Positions 60,454 to 64,000 of a stretch of 64,000 bases of DNA are shown piece by piece. The notes under the pieces are model-generated. The model did not search any database. It saw nothing but the letters and a program-made list of their open reading frames with translations, and was not told where the DNA came from. The DNA lies in the NCBI GenBank assembly GCA_963804645.1, contig CAWDRG010000020.1, positions 1 to 64,000 on the forward strand, in the 5' to 3' direction. The translations under genes and the position numbers were made by a program. The first letter of the stretch is position 1. Every line of letters starts with the position of its first letter. Origin of the DNA: an uncultured Bacillota bacterium. Its GTDB lineage: Bacteria > Sysuimicrobiota > Sysuimicrobiia > Sysuimicrobiales > Segetimicrobiaceae.

Positions 60454-61787
60454 CAGTACTTGAAGAGGTGCTGCTGGACCTGCGTCTCAAACGGGATGCT
60501 GCGCAGCGCCTCCCACTCGCCGCGGCGCACGGCGACGTACGACCGCGCGAGCGGCGCGCCGAGCGCGTCGAGCAGCACCGGGTCCGCTTCGAGGGCGGCG
60601 ATCGCCTGGCCGAGGCCCGCGGGCAGCGGCACGATCCCGCGGGCGACGCGGTCCCCCTCGGGCAGCAGGGCCGGGTCCCCGTCGATGGGGGTGCCGGGAG
60701 ACAGTTCGCGCCGCAGGCCGTCGAGCCCCGCGGCGATGGCGCCGGCGAGCGCCAGGTACGGGTTGGCACTACCGTCCGCCGTCTTCAGTTCGACGTTGAA
60801 CGAGCCGGGGCCGCGCCGCGGGGTGACGATCCGGACCGCCGCCTCGCGGTTGTCGAGGCCGTAGCAGGTGAACGCGCCCGCCCACGCGTGGGGCCTGAGA
60901 CGCGCGTAGGAGTTGACGGACGGGGCGATCAGCGCGCACAGCCCCGGCAGATGGTGGACCAGCCCGGCGACCCAGGCGCTGCCTTCGCGCGACAAATAGA
61001 GCGGGTCGTGGGGATCGTACAGGATGTTGCGCCCGTCCCGCCACACGCTCAGGTGGAGGTGGCACCCGCTGCCGGCCGAGTTCGGCAGCGGCTTGGGGGC
61101 GAACGACGCGGCGGCGTCGCGGCGGTAGGCCACTCCCCGCACCGCGTCGCGGAGCAGCACGTGCCGGTCGGCGGCGCCGAGGGCCGCCGCGTGATCGATC
61201 GACACCTCGAACTGGCCCGGCCCCGACTCCGGGTACACGAGCTCCACGCGAAGCCGCATCGCCGCGAGCGTGTCCACCAGTTCCCGGATGAATGTGTGGG
61301 CGAGGTCGTGCGCGGCGGTCATCGCGAAGTTCGTGCGGTCGATCGGCACCCATTCGCCGCCCGCCTCGCGCATCAGGTAGAACTCCGGTTCGAACGCGGC
61401 TTGGATCTCGAGCCCCGCGGCGGCCGCCGCGGCGACGGCGCGCCGGAGGCACCCGCGCGGGCAGTGCTCCCACGGCGCATTTGCCGCGGTGACGAAGTCC
61501 CCCAGCATCGTGGCGGCGCCGGCGCTGTAGGGCAGCGGCGTGAACGTCTCCGGGTCGGGCACGAGCCAGGTCTCACCGGCCGGCGTGATCCCGCTGGCCG
61601 GCAGGACGACGTCCCCCATGATGGGCAGGGCCTGCTGCGCGACGCTGAAGCCGATGCCGTCGCGCAGGACGGCCTCAAGCCCGTCGAGCGGGACTGCTTT
61701 CGCTCGGATGAGATTGGCGTTGTCGCAGTACGCGATCCGGACAAGCGCGACGCCCGCGGAGCGGGCGCGTTCCACCAGGGACTCCAT
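60453..61787 (-). CDS. Glutamine synthetase family (gamma-glutamyl ligase-like)
   Basis: FEPEF, ESGPGQFE, GSGCHLHLS, NSYARL, DNREAAVR, ANPYLA. Confidence 0.92.
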   Translation of the reverse strand: MESLVERARSAGVALVRIAYCDNANLIRAKAVPLDGLEAVLRDGIGFSVAQQALPIMGDVVLPASGITPAGETWLVPDPETFTPLPYSAGAATMLGDFVTAANAPWEHCPRGCLRRAVAAAAAAGLEIQAAFEPEFYLMREAGGEWVPIDRTNFAMTAAHDLAHTFIRELVDTLAAMRLRVELVYPESGPGQFEVSIDHAAALGAADRHVLLRDAVRGVAYRRDAAASFAPKPLPNSAGSGCHLHLSVWRDGRNILYDPHDPLYLSREGSAWVAGLVHHLPGLCALIAPSVNSYARLRPHAWAGAFTCYGLDNREAAVRIVTPRRGPGSFNVELKTADGSANPYLALAGAIAAGLDGLRRELSPGTPIDGDPALLPEGDRVARGIVPLPAGLGQAIAALEADPVLLDALGAPLARSYVAVRRGEWEALRSIPFETQVQQHLFKY

Positions 61788-61932
61788 GGGCTACCACTTC
61801 GTGGGGCAGCGCTGCGTTACCCCCCGGTGCATCGGACGGCGCGGCCGCGGTGCGGCGTGACGCGCACGCGGTCTTGGGGAATAGTTCGTGCGTGAGGCGG
61901 GGGACTTCCGCAGGCACGGGATGGTGAGGCAG

Positions 61933-62406
61933 ATGACGGTCCGGGGTCGTGTCCTGATTCTCGCAGCGCTCGTCGTGATCGCGGCGTTCTCGGCGGTCGC
62001 CTGGCAGACCGGCCGGGCGCCGCGGCTTCACGCGGCTGGGGACGCCTCCGCGCCCCGGGGAACGGTCACGGCGGCGCGCGGCCTCGGTCCTGCCCGGAGC
62101 GCGTCCGCGGCGCCGGCATCCGTGTCGGCAGCCGCGAGGGGACCTCAGCCGGCCGCCGCCGCGCGGCCCTCGAGCGCGACCTCGGCGAGGACGTCGTCCC
62201 CGGCACCCCAACGGCGTACTGTGCACGTGGTGTATCCGTACCATGTCCCGAACGTCACGTATGAAATGCGTTCCGCATCGCCGCCGCCGGCCCCCGTGTC
62301 GTGGGTGAGCTGCCCGAACATGCCGTGCGCGGGCGCCTCGTGCCCGGACTCGACACCCTGTCTGTCACGCGCATGCTCGCACGTCCTGACCTGCCCGCCG
62401 CAGTAG
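61933..62406 (+). CDS. Hypothetical anchored/secreted protein with Cys-rich C-terminus
   Basis: N-terminal hydrophobic helix, Ala/Pro/Ser linker, six Cys in the last 32 aa. Confidence 0.5.
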   Translation: MTVRGRVLILAALVVIAAFSAVAWQTGRAPRLHAAGDASAPRGTVTAARGLGPARSASAAPASVSAAARGPQPAAAARPSSATSARTSSPAPQRRTVHVVYPYHVPNVTYEMRSASPPPAPVSWVSCPNMPCAGASCPDSTPCLSRACSHVLTCPPQ

Positions 62407-62665
62407 GGCCGGCATCCCAGGCGGCGCACGGCATCCACCGGGGGCGCGTCGCGCGTGCGTGCATTGACGACGAAGTGAGTGCGTGCGCGGGCTCGTGCGC
62501 GCACTCGCCCGTCATCAGTGGTCATACCGACCCACGAGCGTCCCTCGGGGAGAAGCGCAGGGGTTTGCCCTCCCGCGCGAGAATGTAACAAGTTTGTATG
62601 CAATCACGGTCGCACGCGGCACACGCGTGTGGGATCCGCATCGCGCAATAGCGGGGGGGTATTTG

Positions 62666-63673
62666 ATGGGACGAGGGCTCGCGGTAGGGTTCGCAGTGGC
62701 ACTCAGCGTGGCTGTGTTCGTCGGATCCGGCGCGGCGGCTCCCGGCAAGACATGGACCGTCGGAGTGGGCGCGGATTCGGCCGATCACGCCGTTCAGTTG
62801 CTCGACTTCTATCCACGCACGATCACGATCAACGTCGGCGATACCATCAACTTCACGCGGGTGTCCTTGACCGAGCACACAGTCACGTTCCTATCCGGCG
62901 CGCGGCCGCCGGATCTCGCCGTGCCGCAGAAGGATGGGCGCCTGCAGTTTCCTTCCGTGGTCGCCTACCCGCAGGGCGGGCATACGTACGGCGGGTCCGG
63001 CTATGTCAGCTCTGGCCTGCTGATCGGTGACATGAGGAACTGGAGCGTCACGTTCACGAAGCCGGGCACCTACACGTACCAATGCCTGCTGCACCCCGCG
63101 CAGGTTGCCACCGTGATCGTGCATCCGGCCGGGACGCCGTACCCAAAGACGCAGGCGCAATACGCGTCGCTCATGGCGAAGTCGATCGCGGACGGGCTCG
63201 CGGCGGGCGCGAAGCTCCGCGCCGCCACGCGCACGACGGCGTCTAAGGGACCCAAGGGCACAATCTACACGGCCCCGATGGTGGGCGACCCGAATCAGCG
63301 GATCGCGCTGTACCGGTTCGGCACGGACAACCTCACGATCAAGGTAGGGGACACCGTCCGCTGGGTCATGAAGGACCCGGACGAGATCCACACGGTGACG
63401 TTTGCCGGCACGGACGAGATTCCGGCGTTCCTGACCCCGTCGCCCCAACCGGCGGGACCGCCGACGCTGTACTACAATCCGAAGATCCTCGCTCCGGCCG
63501 GCGGTCCGACGCACGCGGCCAACACCTACTACAACTCCAGCATCATGTTTCCGGTCAACCCGCCCGGGCCGACCGAGTACAGCCTGACGTTCACGAAGCC
63601 CGGGACGTTCACGTACTGGTGCGTGGTGCACGTGCCCGAGGGGATGCGCGGGACCGTCATCGTCACGCCTTAA
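62666..63673 (+). CDS. Secreted protein with two cupredoxin domains
   Basis: HTVTF...FTKPGTYTYQCLLHPAQ and HTVTF...FTKPGTFTYWCVVHVPEGM. Confidence 0.9.
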   Translation: MGRGLAVGFAVALSVAVFVGSGAAAPGKTWTVGVGADSADHAVQLLDFYPRTITINVGDTINFTRVSLTEHTVTFLSGARPPDLAVPQKDGRLQFPSVVAYPQGGHTYGGSGYVSSGLLIGDMRNWSVTFTKPGTYTYQCLLHPAQVATVIVHPAGTPYPKTQAQYASLMAKSIADGLAAGAKLRAATRTTASKGPKGTIYTAPMVGDPNQRIALYRFGTDNLTIKVGDTVRWVMKDPDEIHTVTFAGTDEIPAFLTPSPQPAGPPTLYYNPKILAPAGGPTHAANTYYNSSIMFPVNPPGPTEYSLTFTKPGTFTYWCVVHVPEGMRGTVIVTP

Positions 63674-63691
63674 CCGCGTGCCTCCGGATGC

Positions 63692-64000
63692 TCACGTCCG
63701 GCGCCGGGACCGGAAGCACCGGGCGACGTGGTCGTTGGCGAGCCCCACGGCCTGCATGAACGCGTAGCAGATGGTGGGCCCGACGAACGAGAATCCGCGG
63801 GCCCTCATATCGCGGCTCATCTGGCGGGACACCGGGGTCTCCGCGGGTACCTGCCGGAGCGAGCGCCACGCGTGGCGGATCGGGACGCCGTCGACGAACC
63901 GCCACACGTAGGCGTCGAAGCTGCCGAACGCCTCGCGGGTCTCGAGGATCGCGCGGGCGTTCGTCACGGTCGACGCGATCTTCAGCCGGTTGCGCACCAC
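63692..64000 (-). CDS. tag: DNA-3-methyladenine glycosylase I, 5' end outside the window
   Basis: VRNRLKI, GFSFVGPTICYAFMQAVGLANDH...C. Confidence 0.95.
   Translation of the reverse strand: MVRNRLKIASTVTNARAILETREAFGSFDAYVWRFVDGVPIRHAWRSLRQVPAETPVSRQMSRDMRARGFSFVGPTICYAFMQAVGLANDHVARCFRSRRRT

Overview
High-GC bacterial window with two parts. Roughly 1-14.5 kb is a visibly lower-GC accessory zone dense in mobile elements. It holds an ISL3 element (transposase runs off the left edge) whose left end is interrupted by a complete antisense group II intron (1118-3199, RT/maturase without endonuclease, non-canonical GCGUG 5' end). It also has a DinB gene, a frameshifted methyltransferase, a secreted GINxAGQIVG-repeat protein, a vapBC pair with promoter/operator, and a degraded integrase-type transposase hit by a frameshifted IS21 and by nested ISL3-end/IS1380 remnants. 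The rest looks chromosomal: mscL; an enolase-ABC-enolase catabolic cluster; a double kdp locus; methyltransferases; GlcG/HbpS; a TPR-LuxR regulator; cupin; RidA; a second ABC binding protein; an alpha-hydroxy-acid oxidase; nitroreductase; GNAT; MFS and CDF transporters; PrsW; MBL hydrolase; dipeptidase; msrA; a GH63-like glucosidase; a split GS-like/amidohydrolase pair; a double cupredoxin; and a partial tag. The most notable candidate system is the kdp locus. A canonical small-peptide-kdpFABC-kdpE operon is joined by a divergently transcribed kdpA paralog with an altered selectivity filter and by a USP gene. All three units have promoters with the same four-box repeat architecture, and there is no kdpD in the window. 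All calls come from reading the sequence and recognising motifs; no searches were run.
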